Positions 52,021-60,126 of a stretch of 64,000 nt of DNA are shown piece after piece. Source of the DNA: Patescibacteria group bacterium (GTDB lineage Bacteria > Patescibacteriota > Patescibacteriia > UBA9934 > GWF2-40-263); assembly GCA_041661745.1 (NCBI GenBank), contig JBAZTR010000002.1:68368-132367 (forward strand), read 5' to 3'. Below the pieces are notes generated by a model. The model searched no databases. It had not been told where the DNA came from and saw nothing but the letters and a program-made list of their open reading frames with translations. Every line of letters starts with the position of its first letter. Position 1 is the stretch's first letter. Both the position numbers and the translations under genes were made by a program.

Positions 52021-53070
52021 TCAGAAGCGGAAGACGAGGATGCCAGTGCCGGTGGCCAGCAGAACACCGCCGACAGCCAAGGTGCTGATCTGCGAGGCGC
52101 GAACCGCCTCGTAGGCCTTCTGGTCGCGCGGCTCCAGGGGCTCCATGAGGTAGGCGTCGCCGATCCCGTAGAGGGAGGCGCTGGCGACCCCAAAGAACAG
52201 TCCGGAGCCGATGACCGCCCAGCCGGCGTTCGGGTGCCCCTTCTTCTTGCCGGGGACGACCGGGGCCGGCGGCAGTACCGCGACTGCCCGAACGGGCGGC
52301 ATCGCGATGACATCGGTCGGATCGTAGTTGCCGGTCACGTCGACGTGTGCCTTGTCTTCGGTGGCCTCGCCGACCCTCTTGTCGACGAAACGCTGGAACT
52401 CGGCCACGGTGATTTCGCCGTTGCCGGAGGCGTCGGCCAGACCGTCCAGGCCTTCGGCTACCACTTGACCGAAACCTGCCCACTCCGAACCAGTGTTGGC
52501 CGGAAGGTAGGACACGGCCAGGATGTTCGGAGCCTGGTCGGACCAGTGGCGCGACTGCGGACCAACCAAGGCCACGTTGCCGAGCGAACCCTGACGCATG
52601 GTCTGGGTCACGACGATGACCTGAACCCCGGGCTTGATGGACCCCATGAGCCCATCGACCCTGACGCCGCTGGCCATGACATCACTTGGGTTGACGTCCC
52701 AGGGCAACAGGTAGGGGTCATCGAAGTCGCCCCCGACGGCCAGCATGGAGATGTAGAGGAAGAGCGAGTCGCCGGCCTCCAGGTTGATGGCGAAGTCGTT
52801 CGAGAAGAGACTCTCGATGTCGACCTTGTTGGCCTTGCTGCTCACCACGAGGTTGACCTCGTAGCCGGAAGCCTTCAGGGCCAGACCCAGCTGGCGAGTC
52901 TGCTCCAGCCCAGCGTCGAGCGACCGCGGCAAGGTGGTGTCCTGGTAGTTGTCGACAGCCAGGACGACCGCGATCTTCTTCGGATCCCCATCCTCGGCCC
53001 CCGCCACTGCAGGGCAAAGGAGGGAGAACAGGAAAGCCATGGCAACGGCGAAGGCCAGACGATTGAACAT
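52021..53070 (-). CDS. Secreted, membrane-anchored caspase-like (C14 fold) protein lacking the catalytic dyad (GC-rich cassette)
   Basis: KIAVVLAVDNY, GDSLFLYISMLA, YLLPWD, VIVVTQTMR, GLDGLADASGNGEITVAE; signal peptide and C-terminal hydrophobic helices. Confidence 0.7.
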   Translation of the reverse strand: MFNRLAFAVAMAFLFSLLCPAVAGAEDGDPKKIAVVLAVDNYQDTTLPRSLDAGLEQTRQLGLALKASGYEVNLVVSSKANKVDIESLFSNDFAINLEAGDSLFLYISMLAVGGDFDDPYLLPWDVNPSDVMASGVRVDGLMGSIKPGVQVIVVTQTMRQGSLGNVALVGPQSRHWSDQAPNILAVSYLPANTGSEWAGFGQVVAEGLDGLADASGNGEITVAEFQRFVDKRVGEATEDKAHVDVTGNYDPTDVIAMPPVRAVAVLPPAPVVPGKKKGHPNAGWAVIGSGLFFGVASASLYGIGDAYLMEPLEPRDQKAYEAVRASQISTLAVGGVLLATGTGILVFRF

Positions 53071-53166
53071 TTCTGAACTCCCACAGGTGGAAAATTGGGT
53101 GAAACCGACGCCTAATTCTTATCATAAAATCGAAAAAAGTCAAGGATGTGTTATAATATTTCCGAT

Positions 53167-55455
53167 ATGTATCTCGCCAAACTGGAACTTCAGGGTTTCA
53201 AAACCTTTGCCGGCAAAACCACCTTACTTTTCCCCGGACAAAAAGATGGTGGCTATTCCGTAACCACTATTGTTGGCCCCAACGGCTCGGGTAAATCAAA
53301 CCTGGCCGATGCTATTCGTTGGGCCCTTGGTGAACAAAGTCTCAAACTCCTCCGCGGAAAAAATTCCGAGGATGTTATTTTTTCCGGCTCGGCTAATAAG
53401 TCTCGCTCGGGTTTTGCCGAGGTTAACCTGACTTTTGACAACAGCGACCATGTCGTACCAGTTGATTTTTCCGAAGTGGTAATTACTCGCAAACTTTATC
53501 GCGACGGTGAATCGGAATATTTGGTCAATGGCAGCACCGCCCGCCTCTCCGACATTCGACTTATGCTGGCCGAGGCTAATGTTGGTCAACAATCGTACTC
53601 GGTTATTGGCCAAGGCATGGTTGATCACATTTTGGTGGCCACGCCCGAAGAGCGCAAAGCTTTTTTTGACGACGCCATGGGGGTTAAACCATTACAATTA
53701 AAACGACATGACGCGATTTTAAAATTAAAACGCACGGCGGAAAATCTTTCTGAAGTAAAAATGCTTTTAATGGAAATCGAGCCACGTTTGAAGAGCTTAA
53801 AACGCCAAGCTAATCGTTTAGAAAAACGGGCCATTATCGAAACCGAGCTAAAAGATCTGCGGCAGCGTTATTACAGCTCGCTCTGGTGGTCATTACACGA
53901 TCAATCGGTCTCGGTTCGTGACAAACACGACAAAATGGAAGGCGCTGTTGGACGTGTGATCGAACGGGTAAAAGATTTGGAAACAAAAGTTTCGACCAAA
54001 GAGGCCGAGGAACGCGGTAAAGAAAAAACTAATGCCGGACTTTTGGCTCTGCAAAAAGAATATCAGGAAACGCAACGCGAGCGGGCCCGTCTTCGCGATG
54101 AGGAGTTCGTGGTTGAACGTCAAATCGAATTAACCAAAGTAAAAGCCGAGACCACTTGGGCCCCACTGCCCCTTTCTAAAATTATCGAGGAAGTGGAAAA
54201 CATCAAGGTCTCGCAAAAAGGTTTGGTAGCGGCGTTACGCGCGGCCAAATCAATGGATGATGTTAAAAAAATCGCCGATGAAGCGGAAACAGTTTTTGAT
54301 CGCTCCAGTCTATTAGTTAGTCGCTTACAAAAACCAACGCCGATTGAAGCTAAACCAGATCCGGCTTTGGTGGCCAAACGAGAAAAAATTAAAATCGAAC
54401 GTTTAGGTATCGAAAACAAACTGGTTGAGCTGGAAAAATCCATTAACACTTCGGCCAGCCAAGAAAAAACCGATCGCACGGAATTGTTTGCCATGCACCG
54501 CGAGCTTCGACAAGCCGAGGAAGAACGTCATCACCTCGAGGCCGACTGGCATGAAACCCAAATTGAATTGGCTCGGTTGGAAGAACGCGAAAAAAATCTT
54601 GATCGCGAAATCCAAGAGGAAATGGGGGCTGAGGCCATGACTTCAAAAAGTAATCGCCCGACCGGACAAATAAATACCGATGAATTATACCCGGAGATTC
54701 AACGTTTACGTTATCAACTGGAACTCATTGGCGGGATTGATCCGGAAACTTTAAAAGAATATGAAAGTACCAATGAGCGCTTCACCTTTCTTTCCGCTCA
54801 AACCGAAGATTTGGAAAAAGCCATTAGGGACACTGAAAAAGTTATTGATGAATTGGACGAAAAAATTAAAGAACAGTCCGAAGAAGCCTTTAAAAAAATA
54901 AACAAGGAGTTTTCTAAATTCTTTAAAATGCTTTTTGGTGGCGGATCGTGCGAATTGGTTAAACTGACGGTCGAGGATTTGGCCCCGGAAGAAAGCGAAG
55001 TAAGTTTGGAACGTGCTCTAAATGACACAGCCGAAACCGAACAGATTAAAGAAGAACGACCAATTTTTGTCGAAAAGAAAGATCGGGTCATCGGGGTTGA
55101 TATTTACGCCACCCCGCCAGGCAAAAAATTAAAATCACTAAACCTCCTTTCCGGCGGCGAACGGGCCCTGACCTCGATTGCCTTGGTCTCGGCCATCATG
55201 GCCACCAACCCGGCCCCGTTCGTAGTTCTTGATGAAGTCGATGCCGCGCTTGATGAAGCCAACACTGTCCGCTTTGCTTCTATTCTCGATGAGCTGGCTA
55301 AACTAACACAATTTATTGTCATCACCCACAACCGTGCCACTATGGAAAAAGCCGATGTTCTTTACGGCGTTACTATGGGTGAGGAAGGTACCAGTAAAGT
55401 TCTCTCGGTCCGTTTGGAAAATGTGGCTGGCGGAAATGGAACGGCAAGACGATAA
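53167..55455 (+). CDS. smc: Short SMC-family chromosome segregation ATPase
   Basis: GFKTF, GPNGSGKSN, IGQG Q-loop, LSGGE, LDEVDAALD, ITHN. Confidence 0.9.
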   Translation: MYLAKLELQGFKTFAGKTTLLFPGQKDGGYSVTTIVGPNGSGKSNLADAIRWALGEQSLKLLRGKNSEDVIFSGSANKSRSGFAEVNLTFDNSDHVVPVDFSEVVITRKLYRDGESEYLVNGSTARLSDIRLMLAEANVGQQSYSVIGQGMVDHILVATPEERKAFFDDAMGVKPLQLKRHDAILKLKRTAENLSEVKMLLMEIEPRLKSLKRQANRLEKRAIIETELKDLRQRYYSSLWWSLHDQSVSVRDKHDKMEGAVGRVIERVKDLETKVSTKEAEERGKEKTNAGLLALQKEYQETQRERARLRDEEFVVERQIELTKVKAETTWAPLPLSKIIEEVENIKVSQKGLVAALRAAKSMDDVKKIADEAETVFDRSSLLVSRLQKPTPIEAKPDPALVAKREKIKIERLGIENKLVELEKSINTSASQEKTDRTELFAMHRELRQAEEERHHLEADWHETQIELARLEEREKNLDREIQEEMGAEAMTSKSNRPTGQINTDELYPEIQRLRYQLELIGGIDPETLKEYESTNERFTFLSAQTEDLEKAIRDTEKVIDELDEKIKEQSEEAFKKINKEFSKFFKMLFGGGSCELVKLTVEDLAPEESEVSLERALNDTAETEQIKEERPIFVEKKDRVIGVDIYATPPGKKLKSLNLLSGGERALTSIALVSAIMATNPAPFVVLDEVDAALDEANTVRFASILDELAKLTQFIVITHNRATMEKADVLYGVTMGEEGTSKVLSVRLENVAGGNGTARR

Positions 55456-55690
55456 TAAAACTCCCCAGGCTGAAGTCCGAGTGCATTCGGTGAAAATAGA
55501 CAAAAAACTAGTCGAGTAATCGTCTAGTTTTTAAAAACATGGGGCTAGTTTAGTGTTGGTTTTTTATAAAGAATTCCCGTCCTGTCCGTATGTACACAAT
55601 ATTAAACTCTCTTGTAAAAATCAAAGAAAAAATGTACTCTAAAAATAGGCTTAGGTACAAAATTTTCATAAAATTATTACACCATAAGAT

Positions 55691-56788
55691 ATGAGTAAAT
55701 CAATAAAATGGGTTATCGGAATAGTTGCAGTCGTTGTTGTCGTGGCCATCGGATACTTTGTATCAAGAGGTCCGAAAGAGGTTTCGGAAGTCCCGATTAA
55801 AATTGGGATGGTTGCACCAATGACCGGTGATCTCGCCTTCATGGGCGAGGGGATAAGAGACGCTATTTTATTGGCCAAAGAAAACATGAGTAGCACGAAA
55901 TATACCTACGAAGTAATTTTTGAGGACGACCAACTGGATCCTAAAATGACCGCAAGCGCCGTCAATAAACTAATAAGTGTAGACAAAGCTGATGTAATTA
56001 TATCTTTTAGTTCCGTGACAGGAAATGTGATCACACCAATTGCAGAACAAAACGAAGTTGTGCATTTTGGCATAGCCTCAGATCCTAACGTGGCAATAGG
56101 TAAATTTAACTTCATCCATTGGACGCCTCCCTCTGAGGAAAATAAGGTTTTCATTGAAGAATTGCAACGAAGAGGGATTAAAAAACTGGGAGTGTTCGAG
56201 TCGAACGCACAAGGTGCTGCCGCTGTAATGGCCGACTTGCAAGAAAGATTAAAAGGGACGGATATTGAAATAGTAACTGACCAGGTATTTAACTTTGGCG
56301 AAAAAGACTTTAGAAGTATTATCGCTAAAGCAAAAAACAGCGAAGCAGAAATTTACTTATTAATGGCTTTCTCGCCAGAGTTAGAAATATTAGCCAAGCA
56401 AATGAAAGAAGCCGGAATAAACACGCCACTTACCTCTATTGAATCTTTTGAACTTAGCGAGCAGGTAGCTCTTTTCGAGGGAGATTGGTACGTCAACGCC
56501 GCTGACCCGACGGGAGATTTTGCTGATAAGTTCAAAACGAAAACTGGCAAAAACCCAACATTGGGAGCGGCTAACGGATATGATATTTTTAACTTAGTGG
56601 TTGCAGCCACCGAAAAAATTATAAGTTCAACAAAACCTACGCCCGACCAAATTGTAAGTGAACTAATGAATATTAAAGACTTCAGCGGCGCGCTTGGTAA
56701 CTTAAGTATTGACGAAGATGGACTTGTTGTATCAAAGGCAGCCATCCGTATGATAAAAGACGGGCAACCTGTTAGTGTCAGTGAGTAG
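55691..56788 (+). CDS. Branched-chain amino acid ABC transporter substrate-binding protein (LivK/J-like)
   Basis: IKIGMVAPMTGD, FEDD, EKDFRS, GYD. Confidence 0.88.
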   Translation: MSKSIKWVIGIVAVVVVVAIGYFVSRGPKEVSEVPIKIGMVAPMTGDLAFMGEGIRDAILLAKENMSSTKYTYEVIFEDDQLDPKMTASAVNKLISVDKADVIISFSSVTGNVITPIAEQNEVVHFGIASDPNVAIGKFNFIHWTPPSEENKVFIEELQRRGIKKLGVFESNAQGAAAVMADLQERLKGTDIEIVTDQVFNFGEKDFRSIIAKAKNSEAEIYLLMAFSPELEILAKQMKEAGINTPLTSIESFELSEQVALFEGDWYVNAADPTGDFADKFKTKTGKNPTLGAANGYDIFNLVVAATEKIISSTKPTPDQIVSELMNIKDFSGALGNLSIDEDGLVVSKAAIRMIKDGQPVSVSE

Positions 56789-56878
56789 AAACCCGACCTT
56801 ATGTGCAGAATAAAATTGCCTCGTTTTGCGAGGCAATTTTTTTGAAAAAACACGATGAACCAGGTAAAATAAAACTAA

Positions 56879-57745
56879 ATGAATATACTTCCACAACTCA
56901 TCTTGAACGGCATTATCGCTGGAGCGATATATACTTTGGTCACACTGGGTTTTAATCTCATTTACGGCGCGACAAAATTCTTCAATTTAGCGCACGGCGT
57001 AATGGCGGCAATCGGCGGCTACGCGATGTTTTATTTTGCCAAAACCTTAGGACTAAATGTTTATATTGCGGTTATTCTCGGTGTCGTTTTAGTCGGTCTT
57101 GTCGGTTTTGGCCTAGATAAACTCATTTATCGCCCGCTTCGCAAGCGTAAAGCGTCAAATATGGTTTTATTTGTTGCTTCACTTGGAGCAATGACTACCT
57201 TACAAGCCGTTATTGCAATCCTCTTTTCCAGTCAATTCAAAACGCTTTCACAAAACTTTGGTACCCAAAAATTTTTCATAATTTTTGGTGGCACCGTAAC
57301 ACAAACACAGCTTGTTATTTTATTATCTGCTGTTTTAGTTATGGCAGGGCTCGTTGTCCTTCTTTACAAAACGCAATTTGGCCGGGCCGTACGAGCCATC
57401 AGCGATGACGAGGAAGCAGCGCAGATTATCGGTATAGATACCAACAAAATAATTGGCTATGTTTTTTTCATCGGCTCGGCAATTGCTGGACTTACTGGAA
57501 TTTTGGTCGGTTTTGATGTAGGTATTGAACCGGAAATGGGATCGAACTTACTGCTCAAAGGTGTCATTGCTTCCGTTGTCGGTGGGGTCGGCAATATCTA
57601 CGGTGGAGTTTTGGGCGCGTTTCTTTTGGGATTTGCGGAAAATTTCGGCATTTGGAAAATATCTGGCGAATGGAAAGACGCCATTGCCTTTGCCCTCTTG
57701 ATTACATTTTTAATTTTCCGTCCCCGCGGAATTATGAATAAGTAG
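56879..57745 (+). CDS. livH: Branched-chain amino acid ABC permease
   Basis: FFNLAHG, GRAVRA, GGVGN, RPRG. Confidence 0.92.
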   Translation: MNILPQLILNGIIAGAIYTLVTLGFNLIYGATKFFNLAHGVMAAIGGYAMFYFAKTLGLNVYIAVILGVVLVGLVGFGLDKLIYRPLRKRKASNMVLFVASLGAMTTLQAVIAILFSSQFKTLSQNFGTQKFFIIFGGTVTQTQLVILLSAVLVMAGLVVLLYKTQFGRAVRAISDDEEAAQIIGIDTNKIIGYVFFIGSAIAGLTGILVGFDVGIEPEMGSNLLLKGVIASVVGGVGNIYGGVLGAFLLGFAENFGIWKISGEWKDAIAFALLITFLIFRPRGIMNK

Positions 57746-57746
57746 T

Positions 57747-58613
57747 ATGGTATATTTGGAACATTTAGCCATTTTATTTGCCATCTACGCTATCTTAGGT
57801 ATGAGTTTGAACTTGGTTGTTGGCTACACTGGACTTTTGTCCGTAACCCATGCCGCTTTTTACGGCATTGGTGCCTATACTACGGCAATACTTCTGACAA
57901 AAAGCGATGTTGGTTTTTTCAGTTCTTTGATTTTAGGAATTATCATTGCAGCCGCTGTAAGTTTCCTCATCGGCATAGTTTTGTCTAAGCTCAAAGGTGA
58001 TTATTATGCCCTTGGTACATTTGGATTTAACACGATTATCTTTGCTGTCTTTTTGAACTGGCAAAAATTGACGAGGGGCCCTCTGGGTATTCCCGGAGTT
58101 CCCAAGCCGGAGTTATTCGGCATAAACTTTGCGAATAATTTTAATTTCCTAGTTCTTGTTTTGATATTTCTGATCTTGACATATTTTGCCTCACGTTTTG
58201 TCGTCAACTCCTCTTTCGGCCGAGTATTGAAAGCAATTCGCGAAGACGAAACGGCCATTGCTGTTTTCGGATACAACGCTTTGTATTTCAAACTTACGAT
58301 TTTCGTTATTTCCGCCGCCATGGCAGCGATTGCCGGATCTTTCTTTGCTTCCTATGTTACTTTCATTGACTCCTCCAGTTTTCAGTTGGCGGAGTCGATG
58401 TTCATTCTTGCGATTATTATTTTGGGTGGACTCGCCAACCTACGCGGTTCGATTTTAGGCGCATTATTTTTGATACTGCTTCCTGAAATTTTACGTTTCG
58501 TCGGCTTTCCGTCCGGCATCGAGGCTCAAATGCGACAGGCCGTGTATGGCATAATTTTGATTTTACTCATGCTCTATCGGCCGCAGGGGTTAATAGGTGA
58601 ATACAAGTTATGA
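57747..58613 (+). CDS. livM: Branched-chain amino acid ABC permease
   Basis: GYTGLLSVTHAAFYGIGAY, GDYYAL, AIREDE. Confidence 0.92.
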   Translation: MVYLEHLAILFAIYAILGMSLNLVVGYTGLLSVTHAAFYGIGAYTTAILLTKSDVGFFSSLILGIIIAAAVSFLIGIVLSKLKGDYYALGTFGFNTIIFAVFLNWQKLTRGPLGIPGVPKPELFGINFANNFNFLVLVLIFLILTYFASRFVVNSSFGRVLKAIREDETAIAVFGYNALYFKLTIFVISAAMAAIAGSFFASYVTFIDSSSFQLAESMFILAIIILGGLANLRGSILGALFLILLPEILRFVGFPSGIEAQMRQAVYGIILILLMLYRPQGLIGEYKL

Positions 58614-59344
58614 AAATTCTTAAAACAAAAAATTTAGAAAAACGATTTAACGGCGTTCGTGCCGTTGATCGACTTTCAATAAGAATTGAAAAAGGAAAGA
58701 TCACCGGCATTATCGGACCGAACGGCTCCGGCAAAACAACACTTATTAATCTTTTGAGCGGGATTCTGGAAATGGATAGCGGAGAAATTATTGTCGATGG
58801 TATAAAAAAAAATACAAGGATACTGCCACACCAAATTTTTTTCTACGGTATTACCCGTACTTTTCAAAATGTTCGGCTGTTTGAACAAATGACGGTGATG
58901 GACAACATTTTAGTTGTCGTAACCGAGAGAAATGTTTTTAGTTCGCTTTTTGAGAGGCACACTGAATACCACAAAAAAATCGCCGAGGAAGTTTTGCAGA
59001 AAGTCGGTCTTTGGGAGAAAAAAGATCAGTTGGCCTTCAATCTTTCCTACGGCCAACGAAAACTTTTGGAGATTGCCCGGACATTAGCAACGAAGGTGGA
59101 AATTTATCTTTTTGATGAACCTTTTGCCGGACTTTTTCCAGAGATGAGAAAAATCGTTTCCATCATTCTTCAAGAGTTAAGGCAAGAAAATAAAACCATT
59201 GTCTTGATTGAGCACGATATCGGTTTAATCCGAGAACTTTGCGACCATGTTTTTGTGATGAATGAGGGCAAACTATTGGTCGAAGGCAAGCCCGACTCTG
59301 TTTTAAAAAAAAGAGAGGTTGTTGAGGCGTATCTTGGTGGATAA
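58610..59344 (+). CDS. livG: Branched-chain amino acid ABC ATPase
   Basis: GPNGSGKT, RTFQ, LSYGQ, IEHD, AYLG. Confidence 0.92.
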   Translation: MKILKTKNLEKRFNGVRAVDRLSIRIEKGKITGIIGPNGSGKTTLINLLSGILEMDSGEIIVDGIKKNTRILPHQIFFYGITRTFQNVRLFEQMTVMDNILVVVTERNVFSSLFERHTEYHKKIAEEVLQKVGLWEKKDQLAFNLSYGQRKLLEIARTLATKVEIYLFDEPFAGLFPEMRKIVSIILQELRQENKTIVLIEHDIGLIRELCDHVFVMNEGKLLVEGKPDSVLKKREVVEAYLGG

Positions 59345-59353
59345 ATAATAAAT

Positions 59354-60073
59354 ATGGAAAAAGAAACTTTACTACAACTTCACAACGTTTCGGTTAACTA
59401 CGGCGGAGTAAAGGCTCTCAATGGTGTCGATATTTCGCTTGATGAGGGTGAAATCGTGGCTTTGATGGGTCCAAACGGCGCGGGTAAATCAACAATACTC
59501 AAGACGATTTTCGGCTTGGCGCCAATTCATTCCGGAAAAATTTTATGGCACGAAAAAGAGATAAAACCGGTTTCCTATGAGGTCGTGAAAAGAGGTATTT
59601 CTTTTGTTCCACAAGGCCGAAGAGTATTTAGTCATTTAACGATTGAAGAAAATTTGGAAATCGGCGGTTTTATCGTTGACGATAAAAAGGAATTGAAAAG
59701 ACGAATCGCCGAGGCAATGGAGACTTTTCCAATACTGAAACAACGGTGTAAAGCTAAAGCCGGAACGCTTTCCGGCGGTCAACAGCAGATGCTTGCCTTG
59801 GCGCGAGGGCTGATGACCGAACCGAAAGTTTTACTTCTCGACGAACCATCTCTTGGTCTTGCGCCAAAAATCGTTAAAGAGGTTTTTGCAAAGATTAAAG
59901 AAATAAACGAAAAACACAAAACGGCAATTTTGGTAGTCGAGCACAACATTAAATCGTTGCTTGATATCGCCAATCGTGGTTATGTTCTAGATAAAGGAAG
60001 TGTCGTAGCAAAAGACACCGCACAAAAGCTTCTTGAGAGCGATATTTTAGAAAAGGTATTTATGGGTAAATAA
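59354..60073 (+). CDS. livF: Branched-chain amino acid ABC ATPase
   Basis: GPNGAGKS, VPQGRRVF, LSGGQQQM, DEPSLGLAP. Confidence 0.93.
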   Translation: MEKETLLQLHNVSVNYGGVKALNGVDISLDEGEIVALMGPNGAGKSTILKTIFGLAPIHSGKILWHEKEIKPVSYEVVKRGISFVPQGRRVFSHLTIEENLEIGGFIVDDKKELKRRIAEAMETFPILKQRCKAKAGTLSGGQQQMLALARGLMTEPKVLLLDEPSLGLAPKIVKEVFAKIKEINEKHKTAILVVEHNIKSLLDIANRGYVLDKGSVVAKDTAQKLLESDILEKVFMGK

Positions 60074-60126
60074 AAAACTCTAACCATATTAATAGTTATG
60101 AGTTTTTTATATTCCTCGAATCCTTC

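Noticed and set aside
50966-52483. 505-aa ORF suggesting a long Arg-rich N-terminal extension on the DHH protein
   Set aside because: The extension is an off-frame read of the GC-rich caspase-like gene and crosses its terminator; the real start is near 51940.
52234-53076. Long antisense ORFs over GC-rich genes (also 12076-12753 and 44651-45319)
   Set aside because: Shadow ORFs are expected from high GC3; SD, promoter and terminator signals support the opposite strand.
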